A stretch of 64,000 bases of DNA from Eledone cirrhosa (taxonomy: Eukaryota), in assembly GCA_964016885.1 (NCBI GenBank), contig OZ024740.1, forward strand, positions 123,690,001 through 123,754,000. The letters are read 5' to 3'. Made by a program: the position numbers and the translations under genes. Under the pieces are notes generated by a model. That model was not told the origin of the DNA. It saw only the letters and a program-made list of their open reading frames with translations, and ran no database searches. Each line of letters begins with the position of its first letter. Positions within the stretch are counted from its first letter, which is position 1. Shown here in pieces: positions 13,232 through 24,206 of this stretch.

Positions 13232-14019
13232 TATACATTCATATACCTTCCTGCCATATGATTGAACGTGTGAAAGTATATACTTTCCTTACGATAACTA
13301 ATAAGCTTGAAACAAGTACAGCGTTCCTTTGTCAGTGTTGAACAAACGAGCAACGGTGGTTGCTGGACACTACTGCTTAATACGGGATGTTTGTTTACAA
13401 ACACACCGAGCATTGTAATAAATGTTCGGTGAACCCATACGTACATATATATATATGTGCATGTACGTATATATATATATACATACTACTGTACGTCTGT
13501 ATACATATATGTATGTACGTATACATACTTATGTTTAAGTAACGCGAGTACTAAGAGTAGGAAATGAAATTTCGTTTCATTTTTTTCCGTTTATCGTTTT
13601 CGGTGCACCCGGCCGATTAATCCACTCGATATGCAAATTAGGCTGCTCAGCCGTTAATATGCACAAGGAAAGTATATACTTTCACACGTTCAATCATCTG
13701 AGAGGAATGTATACGTTGCTGACGATAGCTAATAAGCGTGAAACTAGTACAGCATTCCTTTGTCAGTGTTGAACAAACGAGCAACGATGGTTGCTAGACA
13801 CTACGGCTTAATACGGGATGTTTGTTTGCAAACACACCGAGCATTATAATAAATGTTCGGTGAATCCATACTTACATATATATATATATGTGCACGTATG
13901 TATATATATATACATACTACTGTACGTCTGTATACATATATGTATGTACGTATACATATTTGTATTTAAGTAACAGCCGTACTAAGAGTGGCAAATGAAA
14001 TTTCGTTTAATTTTTTCCG

Positions 14020-14022
<3 letters not shown>
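13232..14022 (+). mobile_element. Retrozyme-like element B: ~431-bp monomer as a ~1.7-mer with short inverted 5' arm
   Basis: Sequence from 13291 repeats from 13722. 13258-13290 is an inverted copy of ~13665-13697. One HHR per monomer; (TA)n flanks. Confidence 0.78.
13703..13759 (+). ncRNA. Type I hammerhead ribozyme
   Basis: AGGAATG..GTTG-CTGACGA-TAGCT AATA AGCGT-GAAAC-TA-GTA-CAGCATTCCT. Palindromic ACTAGT stem III. Confidence 0.75.
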
Positions 14023-14083
<61 letters not shown>

Positions 14084-14115
14084 TAAATATATACATATAT
14101 ATACATATATCTATA

Positions 14116-14223
<108 letters not shown>

Positions 14224-14240
14224 CATATATATATATGCAT

Positions 14241-14318
<78 letters not shown>

Positions 14319-14329
14319 ATATATGCTTA

Positions 14330-14389
<60 letters not shown>

Positions 14390-14582
14390 CATACACATAC
14401 ATGCATACATACATACACACACACATACACATATACACACATATATACATATACACATATACACACATATACATATATACATCCATATCCATACATATAT
14501 ACATATGTATGTATATATGTATGGATATATGCTAGCGTAGAAGATAGATGTTAAACAATGATGATGATGATGATGATGATGA

Positions 14583-14640
<58 letters not shown>

Positions 14641-15083
14641 CGTAAAATAAGTAAATTATAAAAATTAACTTACTAAAATTTAACTCCAACTAATTAGTTT
14701 CTGAAAGGGAATAAACATAGTTTGCGAAGAAACGTAAGGAGATGCCTTTCTTCATCAGGGAAGTCTATTCTCAGCTAAGTTTCCAGGCAATACGTGGTCA
14801 CAGGGAACTTATACAAAAATAATTCAGTGGATGGAAAAAAGCAAAGCGTGAACTAAGTTCCAAGCAATTGAAAAAATCAATGCCTACTGCGTCGGTGGCA
14901 AATTCAAAAGAATCAATCACGTGACATCGAGGTCAATCAGTGAAGAGTGGTTTGTTAAGAAGACAGCATCCGGACCGTTACTATGAACTATAATAGCAGT
15001 TTTGGCCAATTTTGGCTCGACAAAATAATTTGGGGATAATTATAAAGAATTAGTATATCTACTAACATATACATCTACTAACA

Positions 15084-15270
15084 AGGGTGGTGGATTGGCA
15101 GTATCGGTAGAGGGTCGGACGTCATGCTTTCCAGCATAGTTACGTCCCTTTACGATCTGAGTTCAAATCCCGCCGAGGTTGACTTTGCCTTTCATCCTTA
15201 CGGGGTCGATAAAATAAAGTACCAGTAATGCACTGGGTAATTGCTGGCCTTGTGCCTAAAGTAGAAACAA
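15084..15270 (+). mobile_element. tRNA-derived Deu/Nin-core SINE, full length
   Basis: A box TGGCAGTATCGG, B box GAGTTCAAATCC, core GCCTTTCATCCTTACGGGGTCGATAAAATAAAGTACCAG. Flanking ATCTACTAACA repeat is TSD-like. Confidence 0.9.
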
Positions 15271-15459
15271 GTATATCTACTAACATATATATATACAGAT
15301 GCATACCTATGCTAGCAAATATATAGGTTTTGTCTTAGTAACCTCGTGGTTCAATGCATACGGATGCAGAACAATAATATGAGAGACGTAAAATAAGAAA
15401 ATTATAAAAATTAACATACTTATTAAAATTTCACTCCAACTAATTAGTTTCTGAAAGGG

Positions 15460-15512
15460 AATAAACATAGTTTCCGAAGAAACGTACGGAAAAGTCTTTC
15501 GTCATCAGGGAA
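15460..15512 (-). ncRNA. Hammerhead-like motif (second, mutated copy ~14712-14762)
   Basis: Minus strand reads CTGATGA-CGAAAG..TTCG-GAAAC-TAT-GTT. Stem I pairing is weak. Confidence 0.55.
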
Positions 15513-16028
15513 GTCAATTCTCAGCTAAGTTTCCAGGCAATACGTGGAAACAGGGAACTTATACAAAAATTATTCAGTGGATTGAATAAAGCTAAGCGTG
15601 GACTAAGTTCCAAGCCATTGAAAAAGTCACTGCCTACTGCGCCGGTGGCAAATTCAAAAGAATCAATCACGTGACATCGAGTTCAATCAGTGAAGAGTGG
15701 TTTGTTAAGAAGACAGCAGCCGGACCGTTACTATGAACTATAGTAGCAGTTTTGGCCAATTTTGGCTCGACAAAATAATTTGAAGATAATTATAAAGAAT
15801 TAGTATATCTACTAACACATATATCTACTAACATATATATTATAATTTTTATAATTTTCTTATTTTACGTCTCTCATATTATTGTTCTGCATCCCCATGC
15901 ATTGAACCACAAAGTTACTAAGACAAAACCTATATATTTGCTAGCATAGGTATGCATCTGTATATATATGTTAGTAGATATACTAATTCTTTATATATAT
16001 ATATATATATATATACGTACACACACAC

Positions 16029-16108
<80 letters not shown>

Positions 16109-16242
16109 GCATATATATATATACATACACATGCATACATATATATATATTTATATACACATACATATACACACACTTATACACACATATACATATATAC
16201 ATATAAACTGCGGAATACACTTAATTCCGATCTTTGTATATG

Positions 16243-16274
<32 letters not shown>

Positions 16275-16285
16275 TACACACATAC

Positions 16286-16316
<31 letters not shown>

Positions 16317-16539
16317 CATATGTATACATTTATATACATATATATATATATACACATATACACATATATACATATATACACATATACATATACACATACA
16401 TACATATATTTATATATATATATATATATACACATACATAAATAAATACATACACATATATATACATATAAACATACATACACATACATACATATTCACA
16501 TACATACACATATATATATATATATATACATATATATAT

Positions 16540-16668
16540 AAAAGTTTCCATATATATATATATACATACACATACATATACGTGTTTTGCAACCGGTCAC
16601 TTTGTGGCTCAATGAAAAATTAATAAATTAAACAATCAGAGCTATATATCATAAAATGACATATTTTA

Positions 16669-16675
<7 letters not shown>
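16540..16675 (-). mobile_element. Minimal fold-back remnant, same family as 52491-52894
   Basis: The tail is the reverse complement of ~52800-52894. The hairpin has only ~13 bp per arm (16645-16675). Confidence 0.75.
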
Positions 16676-16727
<52 letters not shown>

Positions 16728-16729
16728 TG

Positions 16730-16839
<110 letters not shown>

Positions 16840-16880
16840 TACACATATACATACATATGCACATATATATATATATATAT

Positions 16881-17491
16881 GTCGTGGCTGCCAACTCGTT
16901 TTCGAGAACGGCCACTACTTTATATCCATGTAGGGGAACTGCTACCGATGCGCTGAACGCGTGTAACTTTTTAGTCCAGCCAGCGACTTGAAAACTCTGG
17001 TACAAACACAACACTTGTGACAAATATTGACACATAGTGCTAGGCCTATGGTACCATGTGACGACACCTGCAGAGAGATCTCCAGATATTAAGCAATCCC
17101 TGTGCGGTGATGCTTTTATAGTGAGCAAAGGCACTGTACAAAGCCAGTCCCACTCTCTTAACCATTATGTTATTTACCAAAAAGAAGAACAAGTCAGCAT
17201 CATTGGATACCATCAGAGTTGCAGGTGTTATATCAGAGTTTTTCTTCTCCTAGAATTCTGCCTTGACAAAGGCTATGGGGTCATCTCTCCCGGTGATCTT
17301 GGATGGCCATTGACTCTTAAGAGCTCCTTTTTCCCTTTGACAGATTTTGTTTTTAGTCCTGTAGGATGTCCAAAGTCACCCTCCTCACCAAGAAACCTTG
17401 GTGGGGTTGCCAGTTTAGTCGCCAACGACCCAATCATGAGACAGGTTGTACTGGGATACATGTTACCCGTAGAACCAACTGATGACCTGAC
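16881..17491 (-). mobile_element. GC-richer interspersed repeat, possibly a LINE (RTE-type) 5' UTR derivative
   Basis: Sharp compositional boundaries between microsatellites. A possible HDV-like fold lies at its minus-strand 5' end. Family not firmly recognised. Confidence 0.35.
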
Positions 17492-17493
17492 AC

Positions 17494-17552
<59 letters not shown>

Positions 17553-17756
17553 CATATACACATATACACACACATATATATACAAATAAGTACTCATAAA
17601 TATACACATATACTCAGGCAAATAAAAACAGCACTACACGCAGAAAATGCATATATGTAAGAGGTACTCACATAACCATAGTGGCCGTATTTCAGGTTGA
17701 GGAGGGGTGAGGTGGGGTGGGAAGGAGGTAGAGGGGCTAAAAGGGGGAAGTCGTTT

Positions 17757-18848
17757 TTAGCCATCGGGCATTAACACTGGCTTAAGGTATTTGAAAGTTG
17801 CAAAGTTCTTGTGCATGCAGTTCGGGCAGTGTTCAGAGAGTTTGTTCAGTAGCGGGCCCTTGGCAAATAAAATTTCATAGCTCCCAAAGAAACAAAGGTC
17901 GCACCCCTTGTGTCCTCCGTTGTAAGAGCGCGCCTTCTGGAGTATTTTCCATTTAACCGTGAAGGGGGTGGAGTTCCTTTTGAGGTCCCAAACATAGGAG
18001 GCGAGTGTTGTCTGGTTTGATTTGTCCGGTCTTCTGAAGGAGTGGGTATGGGCATACCAACGGGTCTTAAAGTAATTGGAAGTCATGCCGATGTAAGTCT
18101 TTTAGTTATTGCAATCATCGGTGCCTGAGATGACATCGCATTTGTATACGATATAATTTGTCAGACATTGTTTTCAAGTGGGCAGGCTTCCTTATTTATG
18201 CAATTAAACGAGGCCCCAGTCCGGAGATTGCGTTCGGAGGTGGTTGGCTTATATAATTTTTCAGAATTGTGGTTGGCTATATTCCTAGCTAGGTTAAGTG
18301 TGGTGGAGTAGGAGAGTCTTATTGTGTTCTTATTAAAGATGGTGTAGTACCTATGTTGTATGGGGAAGTGTGTTTTCAGCAAAGTGAAGAAAATCCTAGC
18401 TATCGGTGTAGAGACCTCTCTATTGAAGGGAGGGTTGTACCAGCTAATCTTCCTATGCCTATTCCTCCTCTGCAATCTTGCGGTGGTTTCTAGGTAGGTT
18501 ATCTTTTCTTTAAATCCGCTGCGGGCGAGGGCATCATTGTAGTAGGAGGCAGAGGCGTTAAAAATATCTTCGTTAGCAGAGCGGCCAGAGATTCTAATAG
18601 AGACGGTTTTTATTAAGTTATCAGTGATGTTTTTGGGGTGGTTAGAATTAACATTAATATATCTAAGGGACTCGTTAGGTTTGTGGTACGGGTAATATAG
18701 GGAAGTATCTAGGTCGAGAGTGACATCTAAGAAGGTGGCCCTAGTCATATTAGATTCTATAGTTATACCAAATCCTAGATTAGTGAAGAGCGAGCTTAAG
18801 TTTCTCCGAAACCCATCGGTGGTTCTGGGGTTAAACTTGTGCAGGGCC
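17757..18848 (-). pseudogene. PLE RT thumb + GIY-YIG endonuclease remnant
   Basis: TFLDVTLDL, NSNHP, WYNPPF, CINKEACPLENN, IVYKCDV..TYIGMTSNYFKTRWYAH, CDLC, CMH. Frameshifted and 5'-truncated. Confidence 0.92.
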
Positions 18849-18959
18849 TTTTAATGAATTCCCTTTTCTATCAACCAATGACCTCTACCCATCCCACTCC
18901 CTACCCTCTCCTACCACATGAAGAGACCTATAAATACCATATTTATTTCTTGATACCCA

Positions 18960-19008
18960 GATTCCCGATGATTTCTAAAGAATGAAACCGTTCTATTCCT
19001 GTAGAATC
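18960..19008 (+). ncRNA. Degenerate hammerhead-like motif
   Basis: GATTC-CCGATGA-TTTC TAAA GAAT-GAAAC-CGTT..GAATC, immediately before (TA)n. Confidence 0.4.
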
Positions 19009-19046
19009 TCATCTGTATTAAAACTATATATATATATATATATATA

Positions 19047-19129
<83 letters not shown>

Positions 19130-19459
19130 TATCTCTCTATATATACATATCTATATATATATATAGAAGCGAGGATGTGTGTGTGTGGTGTGTGTCTGTG
19201 GACAACTTTGGACATCTAAGCCTTTTACAATTCCCAACCGAATTTGACCAAATATGCTGTGCTCGTTGCACCTGTTGCTAAGATGGTCACATCACAAACA
19301 TTTTTCAAATCGACCCACGATATCGATAGCAAAATTATTTTTCTAAAGTGCATGATGTAAGGGAGATAACAATGAAGACACAATCTTTATGGGATTTTCC
19401 ATGAAAATTAAAAGTACTTTTACATAATTCGAGCCTTTTTTACCAAATTTGAGGCAGGC

Positions 19460-20605
19460 ATTGCCGATGTCTATTAGCAGTTGCATCCTCTGGAATCGCA
19501 GTAACTTTGCTCCCTGGTGGAAGGAAGGCACATTCAGTTTTTAAATTGCCCCTTGATTTGGCAAAATTGGAAACTCCTACTTGTCATATCACCAAAGACT
19601 CCGAAAGGGCTCATCTGGGGTGAAGGTGTCACCTTATTGTTTGGGATGAGTGCACAATGGCGCACAAAGGTGCTCTTGGGGTACTAGACAGGTCTTTGCA
19701 AGACATACGGGATTGCAGTGATGCTTTCAGGAGACTTCAGACAGACTCTTCCTTTAATACCGAAATGAACAAAAGTAGATGCGGTAAATGCATGTCTTAA
19801 ATCTTTACCATTGTGGCGACAAGTGACATCATTAAGACCAACTACCAACATACGTGCAAGGTTGCATAGGGACCCTCTGTCATCAACATAGGAGATGGTA
19901 AGCTACCTCCGGACACAGATGAAACATAGCAATTGATCACATCTGCGAGTGTATTCCCGAACTTGCGTGATAACTATACGAATCTTGATTGGCTATGCGA
20001 AAGAGCCATTCTTGCACCCAAAAATATCGCGGTTAGCTGTATTAACGATAAGCTTCTTCAGCTTCTTCGTGGATGTCCACGGATGTATAAATTTATTGAT
20101 ACTGTATGTGATCCACAGGATGCAGTCAATTATCCAGTTGAATTTCTAAATTCTTTAAATCCCCCCGGTTTACCTCCTAATACATTGGTTCTGGAAGAGG
20201 GAACGCCAGTTATTTTGCTGAGAAATATTACTCCTCCAAAACTATGCAATGGTAGACGCCTTGTGGTTAAAAATCTGTCTCTACTTATTATTGACGCTAC
20301 CATTCTATCCGGATGTGGAAAAGGCAAGGATGTGATAATAACAAAAATTAGCCTGACTACATCAGGCGTGGATACTCCCTTCTCCTTTCGCTGAACCCAA
20401 TTTCCCCTTTGTATTGCCTTTTGCGATGTCCATAAACAAGTCGCAAGGTCAAACTCTGTCCGTCGATGGAATTCACTTGGATGAACCTTGCTTTTCGCAC
20501 GGGCAATTCTATGTTGCCTGCTCACAGGTTGGCAGTAGAGATAATCTCTTTGCGTTTGTTCCGAAAAGAAAAACAAAGAATATCGTCTATCCTGAAGTGC
20601 TTTAG
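19460..20605 (+). pseudogene. Helitron Pif1-family (SF1) helicase domain, disrupted
   Basis: AVASSGIAVTLLPGGRKAHSVFKLP, IVWDECTMAHK, SGDFRQTLP, RAILAPKN, LLRN..LCNGRRL, FAMSINKSQGQTL, FSHGQFYVACS, TKNIVYPEVL*. Confidence 0.93.
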
Positions 20606-20971
20606 TGTTAACAAAAACACTTATTACAGCTCTGCCTTGACTTCACCTTACTCATTATAAAACATACCAATGAATATGTCATGCAGGATATTTTGGATTA
20701 TAAGTTCAAAATTTAACCATACACAGCAAAGGATGCTCTCAAAGAATACATTTTCTCTTATTCTACTCTCATTGAGTTTATGTTTGTATACAGCTCTGCT
20801 TTCATTACAACTTTTTGTACTTTAGCATCACTGCCTGTTTTTCTACAGATTTGCAACGTGTATTGTTTTTAATCATGTGTATAACTACATCCTGTTCAGT
20901 GTTTTCCTTCATTATCAGCATAGTTTTATGTGTACAAAGATTGCACTAAATATTCGTTTGCATTAATTATT

Positions 20972-21151
20972 GTGGATTGGCAGTATCAGTAGAAGGTCGG
21001 ACGCCATGCTTTTCAGCATAGTTACGTCCCTTTACGATCTGAGTTCAAATCCCGCCGAGGTTGACTTTGCCTTTCATCCTTACGGGGTCGATAAAATAAA
21101 GTACCAGTAATGCACTGGGTAATTGCTGGCCTTGTGCCTAAAGTAGAAACA
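20972..21151 (+). mobile_element. Deu/Nin-core SINE with 11-bp TSD
   Basis: Near-identical to 15084-15270. ATTAATTATTG at 20962-20972 and 21152-21162. Confidence 0.92.
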
Positions 21152-21277
21152 ATTAATTATTGAAGACTTTTGCTTATTTTGACAGGTTGGGGACAAATAA
21201 TTTTCTTCTTTTACTTCCTAGCTGTATATTCTTAGCATAATTTCAAAACCCCTGCAACCCCCAGTAAATCTGCTACT

Positions 21278-21338
<61 letters not shown>

Positions 21339-21561
21339 CAATTAAGTTAAAGTGTACATCTACATATGTATACGGAAGTACTAGTATGCATATAAATACA
21401 CACATGTATACATATGTACATGTACCGAGTTTTTCACTAGACACTTTACAGTGAGTGTCCAGCTAGTCTGTATGTAAACAAACAGACGAACCGGGTTTTA
21501 AAGTCATACGAGTTTTCAAGGAAACACACTTCCTCTATTCTCCAGAGAGCCAGACAGGAAT

Positions 21562-21604
21562 ATTGGACTAGTTTCGATGTTATTACATCTCATCAGCAAT
21601 ATAT
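21562..21604 (-). ncRNA. Type I hammerhead ribozyme (inverted copy)
   Basis: Reverse complement of 22287-22329. Confidence 0.85.
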
Positions 21605-22286
21605 ACCCATCTTCCGGCTTCTCTGGAGAATTGTAAAAGCACATATCGTTATATGCTTTTTCTATGAAAATCAGTAGTGGGCAGACTAATTTGCATAGAA
21701 CGTGAGTCATTGTACGCACCGGTTCAGCGGAAACGATAAAAACAAATAACGAAACGAAATTAAATTTCGTTTCGCTTCTAACTCACTTTTGTATGACTGA
21801 CGCTTAAACAATTAAGTTAAAGTGTACATCTACATATGTATACGGAAGTACTAGTATGCATATAAATACACACATGTATACATATGTACATGTACCGAGT
21901 TTTTCACTAGACACTTTACAGTGAGTGTCCAGCTAGTCTGTATGTAAACAAACAGACGAACCGGGTTTTAAAGTCATACGAGTTTTCAAGGAAACACACT
22001 TCCTCTATTCTCCAGAGAGCCAGACAGGAATATTGGACTAGTTTCGTATACATATGTAGATGTACACTTTAACTTAATTGTTTAAGCGTCAGTCATACAA
22101 AAGTGAGTTAGAAGCGAAACGAAATTTAATTTCGTTTCGTTATTTGTTTTTATCGTTTCCGCTGAACCGGTGCGTACAATGACTCACATTCTATGCAAAT
22201 TAGTCTGCCCACTACTGATTTTCATAGAAAAAGCATATAACGATATGTGCTTTTACAATTCTCCAGAGAAGCCGGAAGATGGGTAT

Positions 22287-22329
22287 ATATTGCTGATGAG
22301 ATGTAATAACATCGAAACTAGTCCAATAT
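22287..22329 (+). ncRNA. Canonical type I hammerhead ribozyme
   Basis: ATATTG-CTGATGA-GATGT AATA ACATC-GAAAC-TA-GTC-CAATAT. Stem I is extended by TTCTCCAGAGA/TCTCTGGAGAA (22259-22269 / 22341-22351). Confidence 0.88.
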
Positions 22330-23054
22330 TCCTGTCTGGCTCTCTGGAGAATAGAGGAAGTGTGTTTCCTTGAAAACTCGTATGACTTTAAAACCCGGTT
22401 CGTCTGTTTGTTTACATACAGACTAGCTGGACACTCACTGTAAAGTGTCTAGTGAAAAACTCGGTACATGTACATATGTATACATGTGTGTATTTATATG
22501 CATACTAGTACTTCCGTATACATATGTAGATGTACACTTTAACTTAATTGTTTAAGCGTCAGTCATACAAAAGTGAGTTAGAAGCGAAACGAAATTTAAT
22601 TTCGTTTCGTTATTTGTTTTTATATATATATTATAAAAGAATAATACAACAATTCCTGTATAATTGTTGTATTATTCTTTTATAATCTTTTATAATCTTT
22701 GTCGCATCCACTGATACTGACCACATCATCTTCACTCTTTAAATATGACACTGCTAATGACAACACTAACATCTATGTATCTTTACGATTGTTGTGTGGA
22801 ATAGGAGGTTAATTATATGTAAATTTTGCTAGTGCTCCTATGAATCCAAACGAAAGTTTGGAAGAAACGATTGTCAGCAATAAAATATTTTGATCATAGT
22901 TTTGATTATTCTGTAATTTATATTCCGGCTCTGTAAAACATCTGATGTATTTGCATTGAGCTATTTTTCTTACTGGTTATAAGGTAGTAATGAATTACTG
23001 ACCTTTCCTGTTTATAATTATAATTATAAATAATATTATTATAATTATATATAT

Positions 23055-23303
23055 ATAATTAGAAATTGAACAACACAAAATATAACTACTCCATTACCAA
23101 AGGTTCCTGGATCATTTTATATCTTTTATCTATAACATTTCTGTCTGACAACCGATCCAGACGTATATCATTATCATCTGTGATCAAGAAATCTTTGGTA
23201 ATGGTGTAGTTATATTTTGTTTTGTTCTCTTTCTAATTAAATAGCTCTGTTCTATACATTGAGCACTCTTTTTTATTTTGCTTTTCCTTCGGAATTACCT
23301 AAC
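23055..23303 (+). mobile_element. Fold-back PLE remnant with degenerate HHR; same family as 31153-31393
   Basis: Inverted arms plus shared tail AATAGCTCTGT..GAGCACTC..GGAATTACCTAAC. CTGACAA..GAAATCTTTGGTA lies in the loop. Confidence 0.7.
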
Positions 23304-23307
23304 ACAC

Positions 23308-23340
<33 letters not shown>

Positions 23341-24152
23341 CGTACATACATACATGTTATGGCTCATTTCACTATAAATTTATCTGACGTGGTAAACCTT
23401 ACATTTTATTATTTAAAAGTTAATAAATAAAATATCTGTGATGTAGATTGGTTGATTTTTCTTCTCGTTCTCTCTGATTCTGAGGATAAATTGGCTGTGT
23501 TCAAATGTGAAGAGGGATGGGCTCCACCACGTTTAAAATACACAAACAGCTTGTGAGTCAGGATGGCACCCATATGTGTCGATCAGTGGTTAAGGGTACT
23601 TTACTATATCTCTTTACATTATTGCTATTGAAATTTCCAATCAATTAAGAATGTTTTTGTTTATCTTTGATTCCCTTTTTTTCTTGTTATAATTGATGGT
23701 GGTGTTTTAGCTCTTAGTGTCATTATTGCTGTTGCAACTTTCTAATATTATTTTCATATTTAGCGAGTGTAATATATTATCAATTCTATTTGTTTAAATA
23801 TCCTTCTTTACAAACTGTTACTTTCTCTCTTGGAGGTTTGTGGTAAGTAGGGAGTAGTGGTGAAGATGGTGAATGAGGCGTGCCCAATAAAACGTTAAGC
23901 TGCTATTGGAATGCTAAGATGAGAGTCACCAAGATCAGCTTCTTACAGTAATTAGGAATTATCATGTTTTGGTATTAAATGTTTTCCTCCTGTGCTCCCT
24001 TTCCAAGTGATTCTAATGACAACTAATCAGTCAAATATCAGTTAAGAGTGGGTTTATAGAAAAATTCTCAAGTACTCTCTAAATTGTTTTTCTTTCTCTT
24101 CTTCCACACACACATATATATGTAGGTATATATATTTATATATACACACACA

Positions 24153-24206
<54 letters not shown>

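Larger units (their letters stand above)
14631..15995 (-). mobile_element. Retrozyme-like element C: ~550-bp monomer (746-bp period including a SINE) as a near-dimer plus inverted arm 15841-15995
   Basis: ATGAGAGACGTAAAATAAG at 14633 and 15379. Minus-strand HHR core in both copies. The terminal segment is a reverse complement of the monomer junction region. Confidence 0.75.
19150..21276 (+). mobile_element. Internally deleted Helitron
   Basis: The 5' end TCTATATAT..GAGGATGTGTG and 3' end TGCAAC..CCAG..TGCTAC resemble the ends of 46004-46648. Helicase remnant inside. Confidence 0.7.
21334..22622 (+). mobile_element. Retrozyme-like element D: 470-bp monomer, inverted 1.5-mer (21334-22046) fused to direct 1.2-mer (22047-22622)
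   Basis: TTAAACAATTAAG at 21334 and 21804; GCGTCAGTCATAC at 22086 and 22556. Copies are nearly identical, carry a canonical HHR and are flanked by (TA)n. Confidence 0.85.

Noticed and set aside
15084-15175. tRNA gene-like A/B boxes
   Set aside because: SINE heads followed by the Deu/Nin core and TSDs, not cloverleaf tRNAs.
21516-22373. Duplicated 67-aa ORF (MRTMTH..) in element D
   Set aside because: Starts at GTG, runs through the ribozyme, has no recognisable motif, and is duplicated only because the monomer is repeated.
23447-23558. Possible exon (..DKLAVFKCEEGWAPPRL.. ending at GTGAGT)
   Set aside because: Weak acceptor, no partner exons, and resemblance to a sushi-domain fragment too short to support.
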